DNA from: a virus
Lineage: Duplodnaviria; Caudoviricetes
DNA length: 64,000 bases
Virus record (IMG/VR): IMGVR_UViG_3300037722_000435
Coordinates: 2,997 to 66,996 of that record
Strand: one strand, 5' to 3'
The translations under genes and the position numbers were made by a program. How positions within the stretch are numbered: the stretch's first letter is position 1; every line of letters begins with the position of its first letter. Below the pieces are notes generated by a model. It had not been told where the DNA came from and did no database searches. It was given only the letters and a program-made list of their open reading frames with translations. Below are positions 50,463 to 59,072 of the stretch, in pieces.

Positions 50463-50726
50463 TTATAAATCTTTTGGTTGGAATCTTTGTCTTACTCTAT
50501 TTAAAAAACTCTGTGGAGTAAAGAAATCTTTACTGTCTTGAGAAACTTTTAAATTATTAGGAATGGATATGTTGTATTTCACTAAGATAATATTATCCAT
50601 TTGAACTAATATATAGTGCTTTTTACATAAGTATTTTGTTCTCAGTATGCCCTCTGCGTTTTTCTTGCATCTGGGGAACTCACATTTTTCTTTCTTTACT
50701 GTGTCATCTCTTTTCTGGTATTTCAT
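50463..50726 (-). CDS. Small Zn-finger-like protein
   Basis: CEFPRC...LCKKH. Confidence 0.6.
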   Translation of the reverse strand: MKYQKRDDTVKKEKCEFPRCKKNAEGILRTKYLCKKHYILVQMDNIILVKYNISIPNNLKVSQDSKDFFTPQSFLNRVRQRFQPKDL

Positions 50727-50781
50727 ATAAATAGTGTTTTTCGGATACCCAATCCTTTTAAGGTTGGGAGGAGAAAAACTT
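50721..50781. repeat. Palindromic element type R, copy 1
   Basis: 57/61 identical to 62213-62273. Hairpin GTTTTTC-GGATA-CCCAA..CCT/AGG..TTGGG-AGGA-GAAAAAC. Confidence 0.9.
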
Positions 50782-51516
50782 GCCCTCCGAGTTTAGTTTA
50801 GATTGGGATAATTCTTTTTGTATTCTTGAATTAGCGACTTCCACAAATTTAGGATTTAATTCTATTCCCACCCAATTCCGATTTAACTTTATTGAGGATA
50901 TTGCAACAGTTCCACTTCCAGCAAAAATATCAAGAACTAAATCCCCTTCAAAGGTTGTTGCTTTTATACATCTGTTTACTAATTCTTCTGGGAATGTTGC
51001 TGGATGTTCCTTATCTATTCTTGGAGGAATAGCCCAAATCTCTTGATATTGAAATGCCTCTTTATTAAATTTAGGAGTTTTTTGTTCTTTTGTAATCCAG
51101 AAAATATATTCTACAATAGGCATAAATCTAATTGGTTCAAGAACAGGACTATTTTTTCTATTCCAAATAATCATCTGCCTTACTATAAATTCGCTTAACC
51201 ATTCGTGAGGAAATATAACTCTATGATTTACTATTCTTGGTTTGTGATTGTAAAATATGCTTCCATCCTTTTTTAAAACTCTTAAACATTCCCTTAATAC
51301 TTTTTTCTGCCATTCCTGATATTCTGCTTCTGGCATATCATCCTTAAATCCCCCATAATCTATATTTGCTTTCTGCCAACTATCTGTCTTTCCACATTTT
51401 CTATTAGCAGAATGTTTGTTATAAGGAGGACTTGTAATTATACAATTTATACTTTCGTCTGGAAAAGTCTTTAAAATTTCTAACACATCGCCCTGATATA
51501 TTTTGTTTGTTTCCAT
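50758..51516 (-). CDS. Beta-class N4C/N6A DNA methyltransferase
   Basis: TSPPY catalytic motif before HPATFP and DIFAGSGT (SAM-binding). Confidence 0.92.
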   Translation of the reverse strand: METNKIYQGDVLEILKTFPDESINCIITSPPYNKHSANRKCGKTDSWQKANIDYGGFKDDMPEAEYQEWQKKVLRECLRVLKKDGSIFYNHKPRIVNHRVIFPHEWLSEFIVRQMIIWNRKNSPVLEPIRFMPIVEYIFWITKEQKTPKFNKEAFQYQEIWAIPPRIDKEHPATFPEELVNRCIKATTFEGDLVLDIFAGSGTVAISSIKLNRNWVGIELNPKFVEVANSRIQKELSQSKLNSEGKFFSSQP

Positions 51517-51522
51517 TTTCTT

Positions 51523-51562
51523 TAAGATACCCTGCCCTTTAGGGTATGGGAGTATGTCATTT
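51523..51562. repeat. Palindromic element type L, copy 1
   Basis: 33/40 identical to 62584-62623. Hairpin CCC-TGCCCT-TT-AGGGTA-T-GGG. Confidence 0.85.
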
Positions 51563-52149
51563 TAACTCACCATATTTGGTTTTTTCTTACTCTTATATTC
51601 ATCTTTTATAATAATAATTCCTTCTTTTTCTAATTCTTCTAACTCTTCTAAAGTCCTTTGGGCATGTTGAACTGTTGAGAAACTAACCTCTGTTTTCTCT
51701 TTGTTGAATAAATCAAGTAATTTACTTTGTGTATTTATTGAATTATCTAATGTCTTAACTAAGTTTTGTATATTGAAAAGTAATTCATTAAATCTTTTTC
51801 TGTCAGTATCTTCTAAAAGAGTATCTTTTCTTAACATATTTAAGAACTCTCTGATTTCATCTCTTAACTCGGTGATTATTTTAATATTTTCTTCGGATGT
51901 ATCTAATAAATTAAACAATGCCGTTTTGAATCTCTCCTTCATGTCTTTATCTTTTTCTAGAAAAATTGAACTAGTTATTGCAAACTGTTTAGTAATGGAT
52001 TCTACTGTGCTTGGTGCTGGTTTAAATCCAAATTTGTTTTCAATCTCTTGAGAGATTTGACTATTAGTTATACCCATAGCAACTAATTCGGCAATCTTGC
52101 CTAATACTTCAGGTTCTCGTATTCTATCAATTTTATCTTGCCTAGACAT
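51562..52149 (-). CDS. HTH plus coiled-coil protein (terminase-small-subunit-like architecture)
   Basis: LVAMGITNSQISQEI HTH-like start followed by long helices. Confidence 0.45.
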   Translation of the reverse strand: MSRQDKIDRIREPEVLGKIAELVAMGITNSQISQEIENKFGFKPAPSTVESITKQFAITSSIFLEKDKDMKERFKTALFNLLDTSEENIKIITELRDEIREFLNMLRKDTLLEDTDRKRFNELLFNIQNLVKTLDNSINTQSKLLDLFNKEKTEVSFSTVQHAQRTLEELEELEKEGIIIIKDEYKSKKKPNMVS

Positions 52150-53359
52150 TTTTTTCCACTAAATAATCCTTTTCATCAAAACTATACAATCTATTCTTTA
52201 TAAATTCTTCCTCTCCTAAATTGAAAAAATAATCTATCCATTTGAGTAAAGGAGTGGTTATACTCTTTCTCTTTGGATTCCGAGATTCTAACTTTTTTAT
52301 GAACTCCTTGTGTTTTTTAACTTCTTCTCTTAGTTTATTTTTATTTTCCGCCTCGTGAATATCGTCTATGAATTCGATTTCATTTAAAGTTTCTAATTTA
52401 TTCATCAATAGTTTCCTCCAATGTTCCTAAATCTTTCCTATATTTAGTCTTACTCTTTAAAAAATAGTGATTGGCTGTCAATTGTTCATAAATATAAATA
52501 GTTGAATACTCTGGACCGATTAATTCTCTGAGATAATGTATACTGCCTCCGCATTCGATTCTAAGGAAACCCATAGAGTCTAATTCTTCTCTAGTTAATA
52601 TTTGTCTATCACTCATTTAGTTTTTTCTCCAGATTTTCATATTCTTCCATTGTTTTCTCTATTTGTTTTATTAATTTTACTGTGTATTTCTCAGCATAAT
52701 ACAATCTAGAATAACCAATCTTACGAATAAATACTTTTCTATTGTAGTCAGTTACTTCATTAGCCATAAAATCTAAATATTTTTTAACCATCCACATAGA
52801 AATCCCTGAAAAGTAAGATACTTGCTTTTCTGTCAGGCCTTCTGGGTGATCCTTTAATACTTCATAAATTAACCTTCTTATTTCATTAGAATGTAACCTA
52901 ACGGCTCTTTTCTTAAATATTCTGTCTATTGTGGAAACTCTAAAAGTTCTGTTATGTAATTGGGGATTTCTTAATGACCATCTTTCAAGTCTTTCCTGAT
53001 TCTTTATTATAAATTCTTTAGGTTTAGCAATAAGAAAATTAAGTTTCTCTGTGTTCATTTGCTTTCCAGTATTAGTAATCTTCATCTATGCCCCTCGCTT
53101 CATCTTCAATCGCTTCTTTTTCTGTTTTTGTCACTACGCTTCCTATTGCATCAATTTGTTTCTTTATAAAATCAATCTTTGAATCTGTATCTTTTAAATA
53201 ATTATAAACATATCCCATGAAAGTAAAAGTCAATCCAATTACAATTCCAAATAAAGCATTGGAAACATCATGATATGTGAAAGTCCATCTTATTGCAGAC
53301 ATAATTGTCCCCGCTATTCCTATGATTATTATTGTTAGTGGTAGTTTGTGGGTTTTCAT
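52142..53359 (-). other. Coupled early genes (52142-52408, 52398-52616, wHTH-like 52609-53085, two-TM 53072-53359)
   Basis: Overlapping start and stop codons. 52609-53085 has IYEVLKDHPEGLTEKQVSYFSGIS. Confidence 0.6.
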
Positions 53360-53699
53360 TTCTTCAACTCCCCGATTATATCTTTCTTCGCCATAACTAT
53401 TTTAGAACCAATTCCCAGATACTTTTCAGTTTTGAAACCATATTTTATTAAAACATTCATTAATTCAGACAGAATATTATCTGTTACATCTGTTGTGGCT
53501 TTAATATTTATTACTGTCATTTTACTCCTTGTCCAGTAATTAAGTCATTCATTCTCTAGCCAACTCCCTTATTTCTTCATCAGTCATCTTAAATCTTTTA
53601 AGTTCAAACCAAGATAAACAATTTCTACATTCAAACTGTATCATTGAATTATCATTCTTCTTTAAGACAATTTCCATTAGTCTGCTACAATCAGGACAT

Positions 53700-55520
53700 T
53701 TAATCATGTTTCTCTCCTTGTTCTGAAACCTTACCGATTGCGAACAATTTACTTGCGATAGCTTGAATTACATTAACAGTCACAGCATTTCCCATCATTT
53801 TGTATCTTTGTGTGTCTGACATTTCTGTTATTGTGTAAATTGTCCTTTCTTGTTTCTCTTCCGATTTATGTGGTTCTCCTTGTTCCAATTGTCCTCTCTT
53901 CTGTGTAATTTCGTATGGCAACTTCTGCAAATTACCTGTAAATTTTCTAAAAAGTTGTTCAATTTGTTCCTGTCTTTGTGGTGAATATCTAAGTTTTCTT
54001 TCTTGCCACATTGAGAACATTCGGTTGCAATAATCAATTGCCTTGCTCTGCGATTCCCTTCTTGTGGTAATACATTTTCCTTCCATTTCCATTTGTATGC
54101 TTTCTTCATACAATCTCGGTTGCAGTATTTCATTCTTGAGAAGTGTAATAAACTCATTAAGTCCCCATTCTTTAATCTGTTCCTCTCCAATTGTTTCTTG
54201 CAATAAAGACAATATTTTAATGGAGTCGGTTTTCTTGGTTGTCCCATTAACCTTGTAATAGGTTTCAAGGTTTATAAAACTTTGTAACCCTCGCCTTGTC
54301 CAGTCTTTAGGAAAAGATTGCAAAAACTCACATTCTATAGGGGTTAATCTACGAATTTTATAATCAAGCTGAACAGCTTGATTATTTCCACTATCTAAAC
54401 AATAAGTTTCATCATATTTACTTATGTGCCCTGAACCACCAGCACTTGGATTCTTCTTTAGACTCGGTCTATCTGGGCTTCTTGTTTGAGTATTGTGAAC
54501 CAAAACTCTCTGAATATCTGTTTTTGTTAAAGTAAAACTCTCTTCTCCATTGTCTTTGAATCTTCTTCCGTTCTGTCTTTTTTCTAATCTATCAGGGGTG
54601 AGAACTGGAATTGCTATTTTTGGTGTGCAATCTCCACTCAACTTACTTGCTCCTGCTAAAGTTGGACTTATTCCCTCTTTCCCATAAATTCTAGAATGTT
54701 GTGACCTTGCTTGTTGTATTAATTCTATTGATTTCATATACTCTTTTGAACTCCCTTGTCTCCCGATTGCTTCTGTGATTGTAGGGTGTGTGATTTGTGT
54801 CTGCCCCCTACTTTCAATATATGTTCCGTTTGAGTCTGCTGTGATTCTTGAGTGGATTGTATTGGTAACCTCTTGGTGTCTTTGTAACTCATTATTCTTC
54901 TCGTTGATTCCTCCGAAAGGTAATATTTCTGGTCTACTTGTTCCTCTAAGACTTCCGATAATGAATACCCTCTCTCGGTTCTGGGGGACTCCATGAAATT
55001 TGCTGTTAAGAACCATCCACTGAACATCATACCCCAATTCTGAAAGCGTTTGAATGATGACTTTGAAAGTTTCCCCTTTTTCGTGATTAAGTAACCCCTT
55101 GACATTTTCAAGGAAAATAATCTTAGGTCTTTTAACTTTAACAATTCGCACAACCTCAAAAAAGAGAGTTCCTCGGGTATCTTGGAAACCTCTCCTCTTT
55201 CCAGCGATTGAGAATGCTTGACAAGGAAAGCCCCCACAGAGAATATCAAAGTCCGGTAATTCTCTCGGATTGATTTTTGTTGCATCTCCATAGTTTTTGA
55301 TGTTTGGGAATTTTGATTTAAGGAGTTCGCTTGCGTATTTATTGTTTTCGCTGAGTCCGACACAAGTAAATTGTTTTGGTGCCAATAGTTCCTGCTTAAA
55401 GTTGGGGCTATTTTTTTCAGACCCCCTTTGTTGTGACCTCTTGGTCTTTGATAAATCATTGGCTCCCTCAAATCCAAGTTCAAATCCTCCAACCCCTGTA
55501 AACATTGAAAAGTATTTCAT
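53700..55520 (-). CDS. C5-cytosine DNA methyltransferase with large insertions
   Basis: FTGVGG (I), GGFPCQAFS (IV), ENVKG (VI), QNRERVF (VIII), RRLTPIEC..LQSFP (IX), YKMMGNAV (X). Confidence 0.93.
   Translation of the reverse strand: MKYFSMFTGVGGFELGFEGANDLSKTKRSQQRGSEKNSPNFKQELLAPKQFTCVGLSENNKYASELLKSKFPNIKNYGDATKINPRELPDFDILCGGFPCQAFSIAGKRRGFQDTRGTLFFEVVRIVKVKRPKIIFLENVKGLLNHEKGETFKVIIQTLSELGYDVQWMVLNSKFHGVPQNRERVFIIGSLRGTSRPEILPFGGINEKNNELQRHQEVTNTIHSRITADSNGTYIESRGQTQITHPTITEAIGRQGSSKEYMKSIELIQQARSQHSRIYGKEGISPTLAGASKLSGDCTPKIAIPVLTPDRLEKRQNGRRFKDNGEESFTLTKTDIQRVLVHNTQTRSPDRPSLKKNPSAGGSGHISKYDETYCLDSGNNQAVQLDYKIRRLTPIECEFLQSFPKDWTRRGLQSFINLETYYKVNGTTKKTDSIKILSLLQETIGEEQIKEWGLNEFITLLKNEILQPRLYEESIQMEMEGKCITTRRESQSKAIDYCNRMFSMWQERKLRYSPQRQEQIEQLFRKFTGNLQKLPYEITQKRGQLEQGEPHKSEEKQERTIYTITEMSDTQRYKMMGNAVTVNVIQAIASKLFAIGKVSEQGEKHD
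53828..54247 (-). CDS. HNH endonuclease nested out of frame inside the C5 MTase gene
   Basis: CLYC, YCNRDC, CSQCG...DIHHKD...NLQVICRSCH. TATA at 54278-54271, 31 nt before ATG 54247. Confidence 0.85.
   Translation of the reverse strand: MGQPRKPTPLKYCLYCKKQLERNRLKNGDLMSLLHFSRMKYCNRDCMKKAYKWKWKENVLPQEGNRRARQLIIATECSQCGKKENLDIHHKDRNKLNNFLENLQVICRSCHTKLHRREDNWNKENHINRKRNKKGQFTQ
54734..55492 (-). CDS. Overlapping +1-frame ORF inside the C5 MTase gene (M.EcoHK31I beta-like)
   Basis: 252 open codons, including QRPRGHNKGG..IAPTL and SFKRFQNWGMMFSG..SLSEVLEEQVDQKYYLSE. Confidence 0.65.
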   Translation of the reverse strand: MEDLNLDLREPMIYQRPRGHNKGGLKKIAPTLSRNYWHQNNLLVSDSAKTINTQANSLNQNSQTSKTMEMQQKSIRENYRTLIFSVGAFLVKHSQSLERGEVSKIPEELSFLRLCELLKLKDLRLFSLKMSRGYLITKKGKLSKSSFKRFQNWGMMFSGWFLTANFMESPRTERGYSLSEVLEEQVDQKYYLSEESTRRIMSYKDTKRLPIQSTQESQQTQTEHILKVGGRHKSHTLQSQKQSGDKGVQKSI

Positions 55521-56203
55521 TTGACATTTCCTTTCTCCGTTACTTTATTCTCATCTTTTGAGTAATCCTTGTCTATAACTCTTTTAATCTCAATACCATT
55601 ATCTAATTTTGTAACTTCAAATTCATCTGGATTGACTACGTTTTCGCTCTGTTTATTGCACTCATCACATAAACCATCTATTCCACAAACCTTAGAATTT
55701 AAATCATACAATTCCCTACATCCTTTGCTCAATACCCCTATTTTTGGAATTGCCCCATTTTTTAATCTACCCTCCAATTTAGCCCAATCTTTTTCACTGA
55801 GTGCTTTCTGGGATGCGTTCTCTTTATGAACTCTTATTTCTCCATATAAGAAGTCAAAAGCATCACTCCAAGCAAGTTTGGTTTCTTCACCTTGTAATCT
55901 TCTTAAACCATCTTCTGCGACCATTCCTCTTAGTTCATCAATAATCTTTAGAACTTCATTTCTACAATTCTCCCATACTTCATAACAATGCTGATTAAAC
56001 CTACCTCTATTAAATTCTAACTTTTCTGGATTATCCCATGTAAAAATATCTTTGGGGTATGGATTTCTCATTCTAGAGAAAGGTGCAGAATTGGTGCTTT
56101 TTGTCTCATTATCTTTCAAAACATCTTTTAATTCCTTTATACATTCTGGAGCAACGCCCTTGTATCCCCATTTATTTGCCCATTCAATTATTCTTTCTTT
56201 CAT
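55517..56203 (-). CDS. Hypothetical early protein
   Basis: Coupled ORF containing RNPYPKDIF and a CxxxxC-x2-C cluster. Confidence 0.65.
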   Translation of the reverse strand: MKERIIEWANKWGYKGVAPECIKELKDVLKDNETKSTNSAPFSRMRNPYPKDIFTWDNPEKLEFNRGRFNQHCYEVWENCRNEVLKIIDELRGMVAEDGLRRLQGEETKLAWSDAFDFLYGEIRVHKENASQKALSEKDWAKLEGRLKNGAIPKIGVLSKGCRELYDLNSKVCGIDGLCDECNKQSENVVNPDEFEVTKLDNGIEIKRVIDKDYSKDENKVTEKGNVK

Positions 56204-56625
56204 TTTGCCCCCTCTGAGATTTCAAATATTTCATAAATCAATTCTTTTGAATTTGGGAATATCTTGATTAATTTCTCAATCTTTTCGTTTATAGAGTTGT
56301 CCGCAGGAGCAGTTTTCTGTGACCCATCTGAAGAGGACTTCAGCATCCTATTTCGGTTATCTGTGACCTGCCCATTTGGACTATGAACATTCTCCGATAT
56401 GATTTGTTTTAACTCTTTTTTAAACATTCTTTCAAATTTATCCCATCTTTCATCAACCCAAACAACCGTTTTATCTCTGCATAATATAAGTTTCTCAAGT
56501 ATCTCTTTCTTTTGGAGTTCAAGGGCTTCTTTAACATGAAGACATGATTTACATAAACCATCCTGCCCACATTTACTATCGTTTGGGTCTCGATAACCAC
56601 ATCCAAAATTTAAAGTGTCTTTCAT
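56200..56625 (-). CDS. Hypothetical protein ending in the shared 35-aa module
   Basis: C-terminus PADNSINEKIEKLIKIFPNSKELIYEIFEISEGAK. Confidence 0.65.
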   Translation of the reverse strand: MKDTLNFGCGYRDPNDSKCGQDGLCKSCLHVKEALELQKKEILEKLILCRDKTVVWVDERWDKFERMFKKELKQIISENVHSPNGQVTDNRNRMLKSSSDGSQKTAPADNSINEKIEKLIKIFPNSKELIYEIFEISEGAK

Positions 56626-56730
56626 TTCTCCCCCTCCGAGATTTCAAATATTTCATAAATCAATTCTTTTGAATTTGGGAATACTTTGATTAATTTCTCA
56701 ATCTTTTCGTTTATAGAGTTGTCCGCAGGA
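56200..56730. repeat. 109-bp direct repeat pair (56200-56308 and 56622-56730)
   Basis: 104/109 identical by manual alignment. Confidence 0.92.
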
Positions 56731-56942
56731 ACATTGGGAACCTCAGAGGACTTATCAAAATCCTGTTCGGCTTTTCTATTTAGTTTTCCTAATTTATCTT
56801 TTAATAATCCCCATTCATTGCCAAAAATTGATTTTTCTCTATTAAAATAATTCTTTCCAATTTTATTTTCCTCTCTGTCTTGTTCTTTTTCAATCTGTTT
56901 TATTCTCTTTTTTATACTATAAATCGTTAAAGTGTTATTCAT
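56622..56942 (-). CDS. Hypothetical protein ending in the shared 35-aa module
   Basis: Likely start MNNTL at 56942 (ATGA overlap). Confidence 0.65.
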   Translation of the reverse strand: MNNTLTIYSIKKRIKQIEKEQDREENKIGKNYFNREKSIFGNEWGLLKDKLGKLNRKAEQDFDKSSEVPNVPADNSINEKIEKLIKVFPNSKELIYEIFEISEGEK

Positions 56943-57097
56943 TTCTTCCCCTCCTCTTCGTTTAGTTTTTGACATTTAGGACATAAAGCTAGACCTTCCC
57001 ATTCTGTATCTTCATAACCACATACTAAGTCTCCTTCCTTTGTAATCTTTCCACATCTGTCACATTGGTTTGAATTTATATCCTGTTCAGTTCTCAT
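56939..57097 (-). CDS. 52-aa Zn-ribbon microprotein
   Basis: CDRCG...LCPKC. ATGA overlaps at both ends. Read manually. Confidence 0.65.
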   Translation of the reverse strand: MRTEQDINSNQCDRCGKITKEGDLVCGYEDTEWEGLALCPKCQKLNEEEGKK

Positions 57098-57255
57098 TTC
57101 TTCCCCCCACATTGACATTTCTCAGCATATTTCTCACTCCTCTTTTTAAGTTTCTCACTCCTCTTTTTAAGTTTCTCACTCCACTTTTTATATTCCTCAC
57201 TCCACTCTTTATTTTTCTCACTCCACTCTTTACATTTCTCACAATTATGTTTCAT
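57094..57255 (-). CDS. 53-aa heptad-repeat microprotein encoded by a 21-bp tandem repeat
   Basis: MKHNCEKCKEWSEKNKEWSEEYKKWSEKLKKRSEKLKKRSEKYAEKCQCGGKK, with a GAGGGG RBS. Confidence 0.7.
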   Translation of the reverse strand: MKHNCEKCKEWSEKNKEWSEEYKKWSEKLKKRSEKLKKRSEKYAEKCQCGGKK

Positions 57256-57654
57256 TTCTTCCCCTCTGATGTTTTTGTTTAATATGAACTCCTAAATTAT
57301 ATTTCACAGCAGACTCACTTCCACCCCTAATCTCTTGTTTACATTTAGGACATCTTTCTGAATATTGCACTCTCTCAATTGTGCTAGTTGTTTTCTTCAT
57401 AGTACTAACAGACAGATAGACTATTTAAATGTTTCTATGTTATTACATTGTTGCATTATCTACTAAAACCTACTAATTTTGTTTGAATTAGTAATCAATA
57501 TATTTATTCTAAATGAAATTCCTTAATAGAGTTAAAATGTTCTATATCTTCTTTACTTAACTCCCTGGTGTGTTTAGATTTTAAATTAATTATTTTCTTT
57601 TTGTCTAAATCAACGAGATGCTCAGATCCTTTAATCAACATTTTAAATTTCATT

Positions 57655-57888
57655 TTAACCTATGGCAACAGAAAGTTTACAACCACAAGCACATATTCCT
57701 TTAGCAAACTTTCGTATATTTCCTTTTCTTATTTGTTTTTCTTCTATAATTGGATTTAAGACTAATACTTTCTTTTTATCCCTCATACAATAGGCAAAAT
57801 ACTCTTTTTCCATTAGTTTATTGAGTAATATGTCTTTAAATAACTTTCTATACCCCTGATTTTTCAATATTTTCCATAGCATCTGCAA
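57655..57888 (-). CDS. Hypothetical Cys-containing protein
   Basis: YCMR...GICACGC. Confidence 0.5.
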   Translation of the reverse strand: MQMLWKILKNQGYRKLFKDILLNKLMEKEYFAYCMRDKKKVLVLNPIIEEKQIRKGNIRKFAKGICACGCKLSVAIG

Positions 57889-58294
57889 TTAATGTAATTG
57901 GGCTCACACCTAAACGCATACCCCATTGTTTAGCTATTCTCTCTACGCTAACATCATCATTTTCTAATATTTTCCTTTGTAATGCGGATATGGCCCCTGG
58001 TTTCTTCTGCTGCTTTTCCTTTAACCATTTTTGATATTTAATTATATTGTTTGCGTATTCTTGGTTTTTCTGTTCCTCTTTTCTTAATTCTTCCCTCATT
58101 TCTTTTATTCTGTTATTACTCTTAGATAACTGATGAATTGGGTTTAAAGTCTCGGCTTGTTGCATAATTAAAAATTCTATATAATTACTATCCTTCAATC
58201 CATAAAAATTCCCACCCTCCTTCAGTTTATCAATTGCTTCTGTACTTAAACTAAATCCTTTCCTTATCCATTCTTCTTTTCTGTATTTGGGCAT
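57848..58294 (-). CDS. RHH-like regulator with a coiled coil
   Basis: RKGFSLSTEAIDKLKE...SNYIEFLI. Confidence 0.55.
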   Translation of the reverse strand: MPKYRKEEWIRKGFSLSTEAIDKLKEGGNFYGLKDSNYIEFLIMQQAETLNPIHQLSKSNNRIKEMREELRKEEQKNQEYANNIIKYQKWLKEKQQKKPGAISALQRKILENDDVSVERIAKQWGMRLGVSPITLIADAMENIEKSGV

Positions 58295-58427
58295 TTTAGG
58301 TTTAAATTAGTATCAAAAGAGTATGTTTAATATTTAAATGTATTGAAATTTATAAAGACATAAAAACATAAAATAAAACATAAAAACATAAAATAAAATA
58401 ATATATCATCTAGAAAAAGAACCAATC

Positions 58428-59072
58428 TCATAATCCAGAAATTTCCACATTATTTGTAACAGTTTTTATCACATCTTTTCTGGACAAAATATTTGGATTA
58501 TCTCTCTTTGAGTCAAATTTAGGTAAATAGGGGATTTTAAACTTATGATAGTGTTTTCCATCAAATAATAACATACTCCCCAAAGGCATATTTAAGACTG
58601 CGCTGCCTAATTCCTCTCCTTTATAATTCAAACAAATTGTCTTATACCTTGATCCATTGATAAAGTCCCCTATTGTTGATTTAGTAAATAAATAAATACT
58701 TATCTTCCCACATAAGAATTTCTTATAGTTTTCAGGAATTCCAGAGAGAATGATAATATTATTATTATGTGCAATTAAACGGAAAGTTCGTTCTATACTT
58801 CTTCTTTTCTTGCGGTCATCCAGGTCCAACAAACTTGCCACCTCATCAATTATTACCACAGAGTCTTTAATTAATTCGGCTTCTTCTAAGGAATATATTT
58901 TAGTTTCCCCTAAATTTGACTTTAAACCATAGGAAAATAGATTAAAATTAAACGATTTCTTTAACTCACTTATAAAATAATATAAAATATTACTCTTTGC
59001 AGTGTTTACATCTCCAGCTAAAGCTATTACCTTAGGATTATTAAACAAATTTTCAATCTTTTTATCCAACAT
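58428..59072 (-). CDS. P-loop ATPase with a degenerate Walker A motif
   Basis: VIALAGDVNTAKS and VVIIDE. Confidence 0.7.
   Translation of the reverse strand: MLDKKIENLFNNPKVIALAGDVNTAKSNILYYFISELKKSFNFNLFSYGLKSNLGETKIYSLEEAELIKDSVVIIDEVASLLDLDDRKKRRSIERTFRLIAHNNNIIILSGIPENYKKFLCGKISIYLFTKSTIGDFINGSRYKTICLNYKGEELGSAVLNMPLGSMLLFDGKHYHKFKIPYLPKFDSKRDNPNILSRKDVIKTVTNNVEISGL

Noticed and set aside
53828-54300. Group I intron or intein around the nested HNH
   Set aside because: No recognisable P7/R-S core and no C...N|C/S/T intein ends in the MTase frame. Splicing remains untested.
55478-55487. tRNA T-loop-like GTTCAAATCC
   Set aside because: It lies inside MTase motif I on the other strand, with no cloverleaf around it.
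56200-56730. The 109-bp repeat pair as a DGR TR/VR
   Set aside because: The five differences are not confined to adenines of one copy, and both copies are coding.
57125-57245. CRISPR array or + strand ORF 57070-57282
   Set aside because: The units are contiguous 21-mers with no spacers. The - strand reading has an RBS and ATGA coupling, so the + ORF is its shadow.
58358-58400. CATAAAAACATAAAATAAAA tandem duplication as an iteron
   Set aside because: It is low-complexity and reads as an oligo-T terminator-like tract on the - strand after the ATPase gene.
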